Positions 1-9,314 of a DNA stretch of 64,000 nt are shown here, piece by piece. The position numbers and the translations under genes were made by a program. The notes below the pieces were generated by a model, which did no database searches, was not told the origin of the DNA, and saw nothing but the letters and a program-made list of their open reading frames with translations. The DNA lies in the NCBI GenBank assembly GCA_965243745.1, contig CBDEVR010000002.1, forward strand, positions 967,935 through 1,031,934. The letters run 5' to 3'. Position 1 is the stretch's first letter; each line of letters begins with the position of its first letter. This DNA is from Dehalococcoidia bacterium (GTDB taxonomy: Bacteria; Chloroflexota; Dehalococcoidia; Lucifugimonadales; Australimonadaceae).

Positions 1-626
1 CGAGGAGCGATTCGGACGTGCATCTGCTCGGCTACTTCGTGGACCGCACCGACGCCGGGTTGCAGCGGCAGCTCACCGCGCTCCGCGAGGAGCGGGAGGA
101 GCGGGGACTGCGGATGCTCGACAAACTCGCCGGACTCGGTTACCCCCTCGACTGGGAGCGCGTCCGGGAGCTCGCGGACGGCGCGAGCATCGGGCGTCCC
201 CACATCGCCCATGCGATGGTGGAGCGGGGCTACCTGGCGGCGTACAAGGACGCTTTCAACAGCCTGCTGAACAACGGCGGCGCGGCGTTCGTCGGTCGTG
301 CGGGCGTAACGCTGGAAGACGCAGCGCGCACCATACGAAGCGCGGGCGGGGCGGCGGTGCTCGCGCACCCGCTCTACGTCGAAGAGTACGAGACGCTCAT
401 CCCACGGCTTCCGGACATGGGTATCGTGGGGCTGGAAGCGCACTACGCCAACTACAACGCGGAGGAGCAGCGCCTCCTGTTCGACCTCGCCGGCCGGTAC
501 GGCCTCCTGCCCTGCGGCGGAAGCGATTATCATGCGATGGGAAACGAGAACGAGGCGCTCCCTGGAGCGGACGGGCCGCCAGCGGACGTGCTCGAAGCCC
601 TTGAGCGCCTTGCCGGAGAGGGATAG
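1..626 (+). CDS. PHP-domain metal-dependent phosphoesterase (TrpH/YciV-like), 5'-truncated at window edge
   Basis: ORF 18..626 stays open to the window start. Motifs GRPHIAHAMVERGY, LAHPLYV and GGSDYH fit the C-terminal half of PHP/TrpH proteins. Confidence 0.7.
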   Translation, partial: RSDSDVHLLGYFVDRTDAGLQRQLTALREEREERGLRMLDKLAGLGYPLDWERVRELADGASIGRPHIAHAMVERGYLAAYKDAFNSLLNNGGAAFVGRAGVTLEDAARTIRSAGGAAVLAHPLYVEEYETLIPRLPDMGIVGLEAHYANYNAEEQRLLFDLAGRYGLLPCGGSDYHAMGNENEALPGADGPPADVLEALERLAGEG

Positions 627-638
627 AAGCCTCTTGCG

Positions 639-1319
639 ATGGACGACTCTTTACAGATAGCACTGGTCCTCCTCTACGCCTACCTGCTGGGCTCCGTGCC
701 TGCCGCCTGGATCGTCGCCCGCCTCGTGAAGGGCATCGACCTCCGCAAGGTTGGCAGCGGCACCATCGGCGCATCCAACGTCTACTACAACGTCGGACGC
801 TTCTGGATCCTGCCCGTCGGCATCTTCGACCTCTTCGTGAAGGGACTCACGCCCGTCTACTTCGCCCGCGCTCTCGGCCTGGGGATCGAGGTGCAGGCGG
901 CTGCGGGGCTGCTCGCCGTCGTCGGTCATAACTGGCCCATCACGCTCGGGTTCAAGGGCGGTAGAGGAGTTGCTCCGTCGGTGGGAACGCTCCTCGCCCT
1001 CGGGCGGTTGGAGCTCGCCTTCTTCATCGTCGTCACGAGCGCCGGGTGGCAGTTCACCAAGGCATCCGGCGTCTGGGTGCTCCTGGGTTTCGTCTCTCTG
1101 CCGTTCGTCGCGCTCTACTTCCAGCGGGAGCCCGCGGTCGTCCTGCTCATGGTGGGTCTGCTGCTCGTCACCGTCGTCAAGCGCCTCGCCTCGAACTCGC
1201 TGCGCGGCTCCGATGTCCCCTTGCCGCAACTCCTCTTCAACCGACTCATGTACGACCGCGACATCGCCGACCACGACGCCTGGGTGCAGCGCAACACGCC
1301 CCCGACGGAGATGGAATGA
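639..1319 (+). CDS. plsY: glycerol-3-phosphate acyltransferase PlsY
   Basis: 226-aa polytopic membrane protein with PlsY hallmarks (YLLGSVP, GSGTIGASNV, VVGHNWPI..GFKGGRGVA). Confidence 0.85.
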   Translation: MDDSLQIALVLLYAYLLGSVPAAWIVARLVKGIDLRKVGSGTIGASNVYYNVGRFWILPVGIFDLFVKGLTPVYFARALGLGIEVQAAAGLLAVVGHNWPITLGFKGGRGVAPSVGTLLALGRLELAFFIVVTSAGWQFTKASGVWVLLGFVSLPFVALYFQREPAVVLLMVGLLLVTVVKRLASNSLRGSDVPLPQLLFNRLMYDRDIADHDAWVQRNTPPTEME

Positions 1320-1813
1320 CCCAGCCGGCCACGTGCTACTGGCACTCCGAACGCGAGACCGGGTTGCGGTGCGGCAACTGCGAGAAGCCCATCTGCACCG
1401 AGTGCATGCGTCAGCACCCGGTCGGCATACGATGCCGGGAGTGCGGCGCCCCGGTCGGACTGCCGACCCACGCCGTCTCCGTGAGCTACGTGACGCGAGG
1501 CTTTCTGGCGGCGATGGGGGCGGGAGTGGGAGGATTCATCGCCCTGCAGGTCCTGTTTCGAATCATCCCCTTCGGTGGGTTCTTCACCTTCTTCATCATG
1601 CTGGGGCTCGGATACGTCCTGGGCGAGGCAGTCAGCGCCGCGGTCAACCGCCGCAGAGGCCGTACCTACCAGTGGATGGCGCTGGGCAGCGTGGCCCTCG
1701 CGACATTACCCTTCCTGCTCAACGCCTTGAGCGATCTCTCCATCGGAGGGCTTTTCCGTCTCGCCGCCGTCGGCGTTGCGATGGCGGTCGCCTGGTCGCG
1801 CCTCGCGCCCTAG
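1316..1813 (+). CDS. B-box-type zinc-finger membrane protein
   Basis: ATG at 1316 overlaps the plsY stop (ATGA). N-terminal C-x2-C...C-x2-C...C-x2-C cluster (CYWH..CGNCEKPICTECMRQH..IRCRECG) is followed by 3-4 hydrophobic helices. The upstream part of tracked ORF 1046..1813 lies inside plsY and has Arg/Pro-rich junk composition. Confidence 0.6.
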   Translation: MTQPATCYWHSERETGLRCGNCEKPICTECMRQHPVGIRCRECGAPVGLPTHAVSVSYVTRGFLAAMGAGVGGFIALQVLFRIIPFGGFFTFFIMLGLGYVLGEAVSAAVNRRRGRTYQWMALGSVALATLPFLLNALSDLSIGGLFRLAAVGVAMAVAWSRLAP

Positions 1814-1856
1814 CGCGTGCCAACTCGCCGGAACCGCGCTACAATCTGCCACTGGC

Positions 1857-1931
1857 GCGGGCGTAGCTCAGGGGTAGAGCATCTGCTTCCCAAGCAGAGG
1901 GCCGTGGGTTCGAATCCCATCGCCCGCTCCA
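1857..1931 (+). tRNA. tRNA-Gly (anticodon CCC), CCA encoded
   Basis: Hand-folded cloverleaf: acceptor GCGGGCG/CGCCCGC, D-stem GCTC/GAGC, anticodon stem TCTGC/GCAGA with loop TTCCCAA, T-arm GTGGG-TTCGAAT-CCCAT, then T-CCA. Confidence 0.9.
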
Positions 1932-1984
1932 GTCACTTCCACCCCTCCAGTCCACCCAGCCTCTCCGCCACAGGAGGATCGCCC

Positions 1985-3115
1985 ATGACAACGTCCGCGC
2001 CGGAGACACGCCCCGACTTCGACCGCATCGTCAAGTACGACACCTACCGCGCCTTCCAGGAGAAGGAGGGCATACCCGTCATCACCGGGTTCGCTGTGGA
2101 CGACCTCCGCACCGTCGAGGTCAAGCCATGGGCGCGCCTCGACTGCCTCGGCACCTATATCAACCTCGACGGCGCCGGCGACACCAACGACGCCTACGTC
2201 GCGGAGATCCCGCCCGGCGGCAAGATGGCCCCGGAGAGGCACATCTTCGAGAAGAACATCTACGTGCTGGAAGGGCGCGGCGCTACCCTCGTCGGAGACG
2301 ACCCGAACAGCCGCACGTCGTTCGAGTGGAAGCGGGGCAGCGTCTTCTCCATCCCCGTCAACGTCTGGCACCAGCACATGAACGGCAGCGGCTCCGAGCC
2401 CGCACGCTTCGTTGCGGTGACCACCGCTCCCATCACCATGAACCTCTTCCACAACGAAGGGTTCGTCTTCAACAATCCCTACGTCTTCGAAGACCGCATC
2501 GGCAACCCCAAGCACTTCCAGGGCGAGGGGAAGATGTGGACGGCGACCACCGGACGCACCAACGCCTGGGAGACGAATTTCGTGCCGGACATCGAGACCT
2601 TCACCACGTTCTCATGGAAGGAGCGCGGAGCGGGCGGTGCGCACATCAAGTTCGAACTCGCCGACCAGACCCAGACGGCGCACGTCTCGCAGTTCCCCGT
2701 CGGCACCTACAAGAAGGCGCACCGGCACGGCCCCGGCGCGCACGTCATCATCATCAAGGGCGATGGCTACTCGCTGCTCTGGCCGTCCCACGGCAGCCCC
2801 CACGACGGCATGGAGCGCGTCGACTGGAAGCCCGGCTCGCTCGTCGTGCCCCCCAACGGCTGGTTCCACCAGCACTTCAACGGCGGCGCCACGCCCGCGC
2901 GCTACCTCGCGTTCCGCTGGGGTAGCCAGAAGTATTACTTCTCGCTCGGCGTTGCGATGGAAGGCGACACCGACGTGGACATGAAGCAGGGTGGCGCGCA
3001 GATCGAGTACGAGGACGAAGACCCCGTCATCCACGACATCTTCCTCGAGACGCTCGCGAAGTCCGGTGCGGAATCGCAGATGGCGGAGTTCATCCCCCGC
3101 CTCCGTAGCGAGTAG
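1985..3115 (+). CDS. bicupin (two-cupin-domain) protein, gentisate-dioxygenase-like fold, substrate unknown
   Basis: ATG at 1985 lies downstream of the tRNA; the tracked ORF start at 1817 would run through tRNA-Gly. Two cupin metal motifs are present (VWHQHMN; AHRHGPGAHV...GWFHQHFN). Confidence 0.65.
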   Translation: MTTSAPETRPDFDRIVKYDTYRAFQEKEGIPVITGFAVDDLRTVEVKPWARLDCLGTYINLDGAGDTNDAYVAEIPPGGKMAPERHIFEKNIYVLEGRGATLVGDDPNSRTSFEWKRGSVFSIPVNVWHQHMNGSGSEPARFVAVTTAPITMNLFHNEGFVFNNPYVFEDRIGNPKHFQGEGKMWTATTGRTNAWETNFVPDIETFTTFSWKERGAGGAHIKFELADQTQTAHVSQFPVGTYKKAHRHGPGAHVIIIKGDGYSLLWPSHGSPHDGMERVDWKPGSLVVPPNGWFHQHFNGGATPARYLAFRWGSQKYYFSLGVAMEGDTDVDMKQGGAQIEYEDEDPVIHDIFLETLAKSGAESQMAEFIPRLRSE

Positions 3116-3128
3116 GGCGGCGCTGGCG

Positions 3129-4409
3129 CTAGGACGGTGGCGGTACTCCCGGAGGCAACGGCGGCGGCGGTATCACCTCGCCGTCCACGACCAACCCCCC
3201 GCCAGGCTCTGGGGTGGCTTCACTGTCCGTCCCGTCACCCGGTTGCCCCGAACCCGACAGGGTTGCAGGCGGCGTGGACTGCCCTGAGCCGTTGTCGCCC
3301 CAGCAGACAACGGCGCCATCGAAGGTCACTCCACACGTGTGGACCTCGCCTGTGCAGACGGTCTCTTCGCCAATCACACCGCAGCTGTAACTGCGGCCGC
3401 AGCTGATCGCCAGGAACGACTCGCCTGTCGGGACCTCGGCGTCGCCCCATGCGCCCCAGCAGACCGGCGTGGCGTCGCCACGCAGTCCGCACGAGTGCGA
3501 ACCCCCGCTGCTGATGGCGATGAACGTCTCGCTGACAGGCGTGTCCGTCCGCTGACGGGACCGGTCGCTGCCCCAGCAGACCGGGTTCCCTTCCATCGTA
3601 AGCGCGCAGGTGTGGTCTCCACCGCTGGCTATGGCCGCGAACGTCCCGTCGGGAGGCATCAGCCTCCCGTCCGCATCGTCTCCCCAGCAGACCGGTCTGC
3701 CGTCCTGTCGGAGACCACAGGTATGCCGGTCCCCGCTGCTGATGGCCGTGAAACGCTCGCCCTCCGGAGGGGTTGCCCGTCCCGCATCGTTGCTGCCCCA
3801 GCAGACCGGCGTCCCGTCCAGCATCAGCCCGCAGACGTGGTTGTCTCCGCTGCTGATGGCGGCGACCCGCACGCCTTCCGGGACCGCGCCGTTCTCGCTC
3901 CCCCAGCAGAATGGCGTGCCGTCGAAGAAGAGCACGCAGGTGTGGCTGTCCCCGCTGCTGACGCTGAGTACCGGGCTGGGATTGAGCTGCGACAAGGGTG
4001 GCACGACGCTCTGTCCGGATGCCTGGCTGCCCCAGCATTGCACCGTCCCGGTAGCGTCCAGCACACAGGTGTGCACGTCGCCGCTGCTGATCAGCGATGG
4101 CTGCTGTGTCAGGACGAGGCCCGGGGGTGTCACGTCGAGGATGCCTTCGCCTTCCGGCGTCGGCGTGGGCGTCGGTTCGGGTGTGGGTGTGGCCGTTGGC
4201 TCGGGTGTGGGTGTAGCCGTTGGCTCGAGTGCGGGCGTCGCCGTCGGGGTAGGCGCGGGCGTCGGTGTGGGAGTGCTGGGGCCTTCGGGAGTCGCGCGGG
4301 CTTCGAACTGCACGATTCCCGGCCCCGGCTCGCCGCACGCGGCAAGCGTGAGCAGCAGGAGAACTGCGATGACCAGGAAACGTGTGGAGTAGCCGTGGAG
4401 GATGCGCAT
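3129..4409 (-). CDS. secreted lipoprotein with Pro/Thr-rich linker and RCC1-like beta-propeller repeats
   Basis: Lipobox LLTLAAC. PT-rich linker with tandem EPTATPTP units. Seven to eight repeats of SSGxxHTCxL..DG.p.CWG, ending in CWGDNGSGQSTPP. Confidence 0.75.
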   Translation of the reverse strand: MRILHGYSTRFLVIAVLLLLTLAACGEPGPGIVQFEARATPEGPSTPTPTPAPTPTATPALEPTATPTPEPTATPTPEPTPTPTPEGEGILDVTPPGLVLTQQPSLISSGDVHTCVLDATGTVQCWGSQASGQSVVPPLSQLNPSPVLSVSSGDSHTCVLFFDGTPFCWGSENGAVPEGVRVAAISSGDNHVCGLMLDGTPVCWGSNDAGRATPPEGERFTAISSGDRHTCGLRQDGRPVCWGDDADGRLMPPDGTFAAIASGGDHTCALTMEGNPVCWGSDRSRQRTDTPVSETFIAISSGGSHSCGLRGDATPVCWGAWGDAEVPTGESFLAISCGRSYSCGVIGEETVCTGEVHTCGVTFDGAVVCWGDNGSGQSTPPATLSGSGQPGDGTDSEATPEPGGGLVVDGEVIPPPPLPPGVPPPS

Positions 4410-4496
4410 CGTTACCCGCAGATGGCGCGGTGGAACGAATATACCTACCGAGGCGTGCCCCCGTCACCGACTTCCGGGAGCGAGTATCCTTGAAAC

Positions 4497-5393
4497 GTGA
4501 AGAGCGGCGCCCCCAACTTCCGCAGCGGGCTCGTGGCCATCGTCGGCAGGGCGAACGTCGGCAAGTCCACACTGCTCAACGCGCTCCTCGGGCAGAAACT
4601 CTCCATCGTGAGCGCGAAACCCCACACCACGCGCCATAGCGTGCTCGGCGTGCTGAACGGCAGCGACTATCAGGCTGCCCTCATCGACACCCCGGGCTTC
4701 CTCCGGAAGGGCCGCGACCAGCTCGACGCCGCGATGGCCCGGCAGCTCTCAGTCGCGCTCGGGGACGCCCACGCCGTGGTGCTCGCCGCCGAATCCCGCT
4801 ACCCCGGCGAAGTCGAGCAGGCCCTCATCGCGCAGATCGCCGCAGCCGGCGTCCCGGCGCTGCTCGTGCTCACCAAGACCGACACCGTCGCCAAGCACAA
4901 GCTCCTGCCCGTGATGGCGCGCTACGCCGAGGTCCACCCCTTCGCCGAGATCGTGCCTGTAAGTGCCCTTGGACGCGATGGCCTGGCGCCTCTCGCGGAA
5001 GCGATAGGCGCGCACCTGCCGGAGCAGGAAGCCCTCTTCCCGCCGGAGATGCTCACCGACCGCACGACGAGATTCCTCGTGGGCGAACTCGTCCGCGAGA
5101 AGATATTCGAACTGTACGCACACGAGGTCCCCTACGACACAGCCGTGGAGGTCGTCTCTTTCGACGAACGGCAGGGCCAGGCGCCGGACTACATCCGCGC
5201 CGTGGTTTACGTGGATACTCCCTCCCAGAAGCGGCTCCTCATCGGCAAGGGAGGCGCGGCGCTCAAGGAGGTCGGCGTCCTCGCACGCCCCGAGATCGAA
5301 TCGCTCACGGGGCGCTCTGCCTTCCTGGAGTTGTGGGTGAAAGTGAACGCGAAGTGGCGCAGGAAAGCCGGTTTCATCCAGCGCACCCTGTAA
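4497..5393 (+). CDS. era: GTPase Era
   Basis: GTG start. P-loop GRANVGKST, then TTRH, DTPG and TKTD G-motifs, plus a C-terminal KH-like region. Confidence 0.85.
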   Translation: MKSGAPNFRSGLVAIVGRANVGKSTLLNALLGQKLSIVSAKPHTTRHSVLGVLNGSDYQAALIDTPGFLRKGRDQLDAAMARQLSVALGDAHAVVLAAESRYPGEVEQALIAQIAAAGVPALLVLTKTDTVAKHKLLPVMARYAEVHPFAEIVPVSALGRDGLAPLAEAIGAHLPEQEALFPPEMLTDRTTRFLVGELVREKIFELYAHEVPYDTAVEVVSFDERQGQAPDYIRAVVYVDTPSQKRLLIGKGGAALKEVGVLARPEIESLTGRSAFLELWVKVNAKWRRKAGFIQRTL

Positions 5394-5469
5394 CAGAACA
5401 CAACACCCGGGTTGCCCGTTCGGTCGCTCGCGCAGTTATCATGCCCCCTGACGCGAAGGAGGTTATGCC

Positions 5470-6939
5470 GTGCCCCTGGTCCCGCGAGTGATGAGCACGC
5501 AGCACCCGGACAATGCGGAGGCCCCCGCCTACGCCATCGACGGCGTGATCAAGGGCGACGGGGAGATCATCGAAGCCGCCGACGTTCTGGCGCTCGGGTG
5601 CGACGAGCAGATGTGGGACTCCGAGGGTAAGGACACCGACACCCACGTCATCCAGAAACTGCTCGGCAACAACCCCGCCTACTTCTCCGAGGAGAAGAAA
5701 CTCGGGCGCGACGCCATCATTACACTCCGCGTCCCCAACCCCTCTATCGAACTGGAGATGCGCAAGCTCCTCATCGAGGCCCTGCACGGCATCCCCATCG
5801 CCTACGACGTCGCGAACGAGTTCTACGACGGCGACCTCGAGCCCCCCATCCAGGAAGTCATCCTCCCCTTCACCACCAACGCCGATCAGATCGTCAAGGT
5901 GCGGGACTACTACGCCCAGTTCATCGCCGGGCAGGAGAGCAGGCACCTGCCGGACGGAAGCACCGTCAGCGACTGGATAGGCGACTTCTACCCCAAGCAC
6001 ATCCGCGTCATCCCGCTCTTCGAGGAACGCGAACAGATGATGACCGTGGACGACATCGTCCGCGAGTACCTGCAGGGATGGGAGGTCGAATACCAGCGCG
6101 TCTTCCTTGCTCGGAGCGACCCCGCGCTCAACCACGGCATCGTCGGCGCAGAGCTGATGCTCAAGACCGCCCTGGCCCGGCTGGACCGCTTGGAGAGCGA
6201 GCTCGGCATCCCTCTCTACCCCATCATCGGCGCAGGCTCAGCGCCGTTCCGGGGGCACCTCTCACCCGTGAACGTGGACCGCGCGTTCCGCGAGTACCCC
6301 AGCGTCCAGACCCTCACCGTCCAGTCCGCGTTCAAGTTCGACTACGACCGCGAACAGGTGGTCGACGCCATCGCTCGATTGCACGCGTACGAACGCAGAC
6401 CCGCCCCTCCCGTGGACGAAGCCCGCGTCAACGACATCCTGGACAGGGCCGGGGGCGCCTACCAGCAGCAGGTACGGCAACTCGCCCCTACCATCGCTTC
6501 CGTCTCCGCCCACATACCACGCAGGCGGGAGCGCAAGCTCCACGTCGGCCTCTTCGGCTACGGACGTACGCTCCCGGGAGCCGACGACGTAACCCTCCCG
6601 CGCGCCATCGCCTTCGCCGCCACGCTCTACTCCATCGGCGTGCCGCCGGACCTGCTCGGGCTCGCCGCGCTCAACGAGGACGACTTCGCGTACCTGCGAG
6701 AGGTCTACCCCAGCTTCCAGGAAGACCTGAGCGCCGCCCTGCGCTTCTCCAACGAGACGCGCATCACGCAACTCCTCGGCGACGACTACCGGCGGCTGTT
6801 CGTGCGTTTCACGGAGGAGATCGACCGCGTCCACGAAGGGCTCACCACGGCGGTCTGGGCAGGGCTCGTGCGGAACCGCACCTCACGGACGCGGCACTTC
6901 ATCGAAGAGGCCGCCCTCATCCGCCGGTTCCTCGGCTAG
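5470..6939 (+). CDS. ppcA: archaeal-type phosphoenolpyruvate carboxylase
   Basis: N-terminus VPRVMSTQHPDN is the signature start of archaeal-type PEPC. Length of 489 aa fits. GTG at 5470 is preceded by AAGGAGG. Confidence 0.8.
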   Translation: MPLVPRVMSTQHPDNAEAPAYAIDGVIKGDGEIIEAADVLALGCDEQMWDSEGKDTDTHVIQKLLGNNPAYFSEEKKLGRDAIITLRVPNPSIELEMRKLLIEALHGIPIAYDVANEFYDGDLEPPIQEVILPFTTNADQIVKVRDYYAQFIAGQESRHLPDGSTVSDWIGDFYPKHIRVIPLFEEREQMMTVDDIVREYLQGWEVEYQRVFLARSDPALNHGIVGAELMLKTALARLDRLESELGIPLYPIIGAGSAPFRGHLSPVNVDRAFREYPSVQTLTVQSAFKFDYDREQVVDAIARLHAYERRPAPPVDEARVNDILDRAGGAYQQQVRQLAPTIASVSAHIPRRRERKLHVGLFGYGRTLPGADDVTLPRAIAFAATLYSIGVPPDLLGLAALNEDDFAYLREVYPSFQEDLSAALRFSNETRITQLLGDDYRRLFVRFTEEIDRVHEGLTTAVWAGLVRNRTSRTRHFIEEAALIRRFLG

Positions 6940-6955
6940 CGCCGCCCCGCAGCGC

Positions 6956-9274
6956 TCACGCTCCTTCTTCGGCCTCTACCTGTATCTGGGGCAGCCAGTT
7001 CAGGAATCCGGGCAGGTACCAGTTCCGCGCGCCGAGCAGTTGCATGCTGGCCGGAACGAGGATGCTGCGCACAAGCGTCGCATCGAGCAGTACCGCCACC
7101 GCAAGCCCGAACCCCGCCTGCTGGTTGACCACCATGTCGCCCGAGGCGAACCCGCTGAACACGGCGACCATGATGAGCGCCGCGCCGGTGATGAGGCTGG
7201 CGGTCGAGCGCAGGCCGTACGCCACGGACTCGGCATTGTCGTGCGTCTGGTCGTACCGCTCGCGGATGCGGCTGAGCATGAACACGTGGTAGTCCATGGA
7301 CAACCCGAACAGGATGGCGAACAGGATCAACGGCAGCCATGCTTCTATCGTCTCGACCTGCTGGAACCCGAACAGGTCCGCCCCGACGCCCTTCTGGAAT
7401 ACCAGCACCATCAACCCGTAGGCAGCCCCCACGGAGAGCAGGTTCATGATGATCGCCTTGATGGGGATGACGATGGAGCGGAAGACCACCAGCAGGAGGA
7501 TGAAACTCACCCCGAGGATGAACGCGAAGATGATGGGGAGGTAGGCGCTGAGCTGCGTATCGAAGTCCAGGTACTCGGCCGAGATGCCGCCGACGTACAC
7601 CTCTGCCGGTGCGCCGGAGAACGCCGCGGGGATGTAGTCGTCCCGCAGCCGCTTTATCAGGTCGAACGCATCCACACTGCTGGGAGCGCCGGGAACCGGT
7701 ATCGCGATCACGGTAAGGTTGCCGTACGTGCTCGTTGGAAGCGCGGCAGCCGAGGGGTCGCTGAGTATCTCCGGGTTGCTCCGCAACAGGGCTGCGACGA
7801 GGGCTGGATCGCTCTCAACGGCCTGCTGGATCTTCTGGAGAGCCTCCGTAACTACCGGGTCGCTGACCACTGACCGCTTGAACTCCTGCACCGCGGCTGC
7901 AACCGCCGGATCGTTGATGTCTCCCTCGATGACGATCCTGGCGGGGTTCGCGGAGCCGTATCCGAGCGGGAAGTCCTCTTCCAAGGCGGTAAAGGCCTCG
8001 CGGGTATGCGAGTCGTGCGGGAACGTCTCGACGCTGTTGAAGCCGGTGTTGATGCCGAAGTAGTTCACCGACGCCCAGACCATCAGCCCGCCGACCACGA
8101 GGATGCTGATGATGGGGTAACGCATCGTCTTGCGCGTGATGAACTCCCAGAAACCCTCGCGCTGCTTCTCTGGAGAAGCTGATGCCGCGCTCCTGCGGAA
8201 CGGAAGCCGGAGAAGATCAACACGCGGCCCCAGCACTGTCAGCACAGCGGGAAGGAACGTGAGTGTCGCCGTAACCGAAACGATGACCACCAGGATGGCA
8301 CCGAGGCCGGTTGCGAAGAACAGCGTGTGCGGGACGATGAACACCCCGAGTAATGCGATGACCACCGTCATGCCGCTGAAGAACACCGTGCGGCTGGCGG
8401 TAGCGCCTGCCTTGATGACCGCGTCCCGTACGCTCAGGCCACGAGCCAGTTCTTCCCTGAAGCGGGACACTACGATGAGACTGTAGTCGATCCCCACTGC
8501 AAGGCCGATCATCGTTATCCACAGCAGGACGAAGAAGACCAACTGCCCGAAAACGGTGCCGATGACGGCCACTATCGCCAGCGTGACCAGTATCGAAATG
8601 ACGGCGAGACCGACGGGTATCAGCGCCGCCACGACCGCGCCGAAGAGCACCAGGAGGATGAGGAGCGCCACCGGCAGGCCGATACGCTCGCCCTGCTCCA
8701 GGTCCATCGCCGACAGCTCCGCCTGTTCGAAGCGGCTGCTCACGTCGCCGACTATCAGCACTTCGAACCCGTCCTGGCCGTCCGCCTCCTCAACGACGTG
8801 GATGACCTCCTCGATGTGGTCCAGGGCTTCGCCGAGCGTGCCCGCCATCTGGAGCGCCACTATGGCGCTTCTACGGTCCGTTGAAACCAGCGCGAGGGAG
8901 TCCACGGGGTTGGCGGCCAGCACTTCGTAGTAGTTCGTGCTGGCTCGTACGACTTCGGGTTCCAACGCCCGTAGTTTGCCGGTAACCTCCTCCACTTTCG
9001 CGCGGAAAGCGGCATCGTCCACCGTCGATGATCCCGATCGAACGATGACGACCTCGGCGGGCGGAGGCTCGATGGGGCTGCCCTTCAGCAGCTCTCCGGC
9101 AGTCACCGACCCGACCTCGCCGAACCGCGGGATGATGCGGAGTTCCGTGGTCGTGGCCGTGGGAAGCAATTGCCCCACTACTCCCAGGGCGATCAGCACC
9201 ATCACCAGCCATATCCCGATGGTCACCCACGGTCTGCGGGAACTGATGCGGGCGAGGGATTCGGTCATCGTCAC
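6956..9274 (-). CDS. MMPL/RND-superfamily membrane transporter
   Basis: 772 aa organised as two blocks, each with a large extracytoplasmic loop followed by about six TM helices. MMPL-type motifs are present (GIDYSLIVVSRFREE; GLSMDYHVFMLSRIRE). Confidence 0.8.
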   Translation of the reverse strand: MTMTESLARISSRRPWVTIGIWLVMVLIALGVVGQLLPTATTTELRIIPRFGEVGSVTAGELLKGSPIEPPPAEVVIVRSGSSTVDDAAFRAKVEEVTGKLRALEPEVVRASTNYYEVLAANPVDSLALVSTDRRSAIVALQMAGTLGEALDHIEEVIHVVEEADGQDGFEVLIVGDVSSRFEQAELSAMDLEQGERIGLPVALLILLVLFGAVVAALIPVGLAVISILVTLAIVAVIGTVFGQLVFFVLLWITMIGLAVGIDYSLIVVSRFREELARGLSVRDAVIKAGATASRTVFFSGMTVVIALLGVFIVPHTLFFATGLGAILVVIVSVTATLTFLPAVLTVLGPRVDLLRLPFRRSAASASPEKQREGFWEFITRKTMRYPIISILVVGGLMVWASVNYFGINTGFNSVETFPHDSHTREAFTALEEDFPLGYGSANPARIVIEGDINDPAVAAAVQEFKRSVVSDPVVTEALQKIQQAVESDPALVAALLRSNPEILSDPSAAALPTSTYGNLTVIAIPVPGAPSSVDAFDLIKRLRDDYIPAAFSGAPAEVYVGGISAEYLDFDTQLSAYLPIIFAFILGVSFILLLVVFRSIVIPIKAIIMNLLSVGAAYGLMVLVFQKGVGADLFGFQQVETIEAWLPLILFAILFGLSMDYHVFMLSRIRERYDQTHDNAESVAYGLRSTASLITGAALIMVAVFSGFASGDMVVNQQAGFGLAVAVLLDATLVRSILVPASMQLLGARNWYLPGFLNWLPQIQVEAEEGA

Positions 9275-9314
9275 GGCTCCTGGTGGCTATCTCGAGAGGT
9301 AGGGCGGCGAACGA

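Noticed and set aside
1817-1984. N-terminal extension of the bicupin ORF
   Set aside because: It would translate straight through tRNA-Gly (1857-1931). The internal ATG at 1985 is used instead.
4140-4290. Short tandem DNA repeats, considered as a possible CRISPR or minisatellite
   Set aside because: The units are contiguous with no spacers. They lie in frame inside the lipoprotein gene and encode the Pro/Thr linker.
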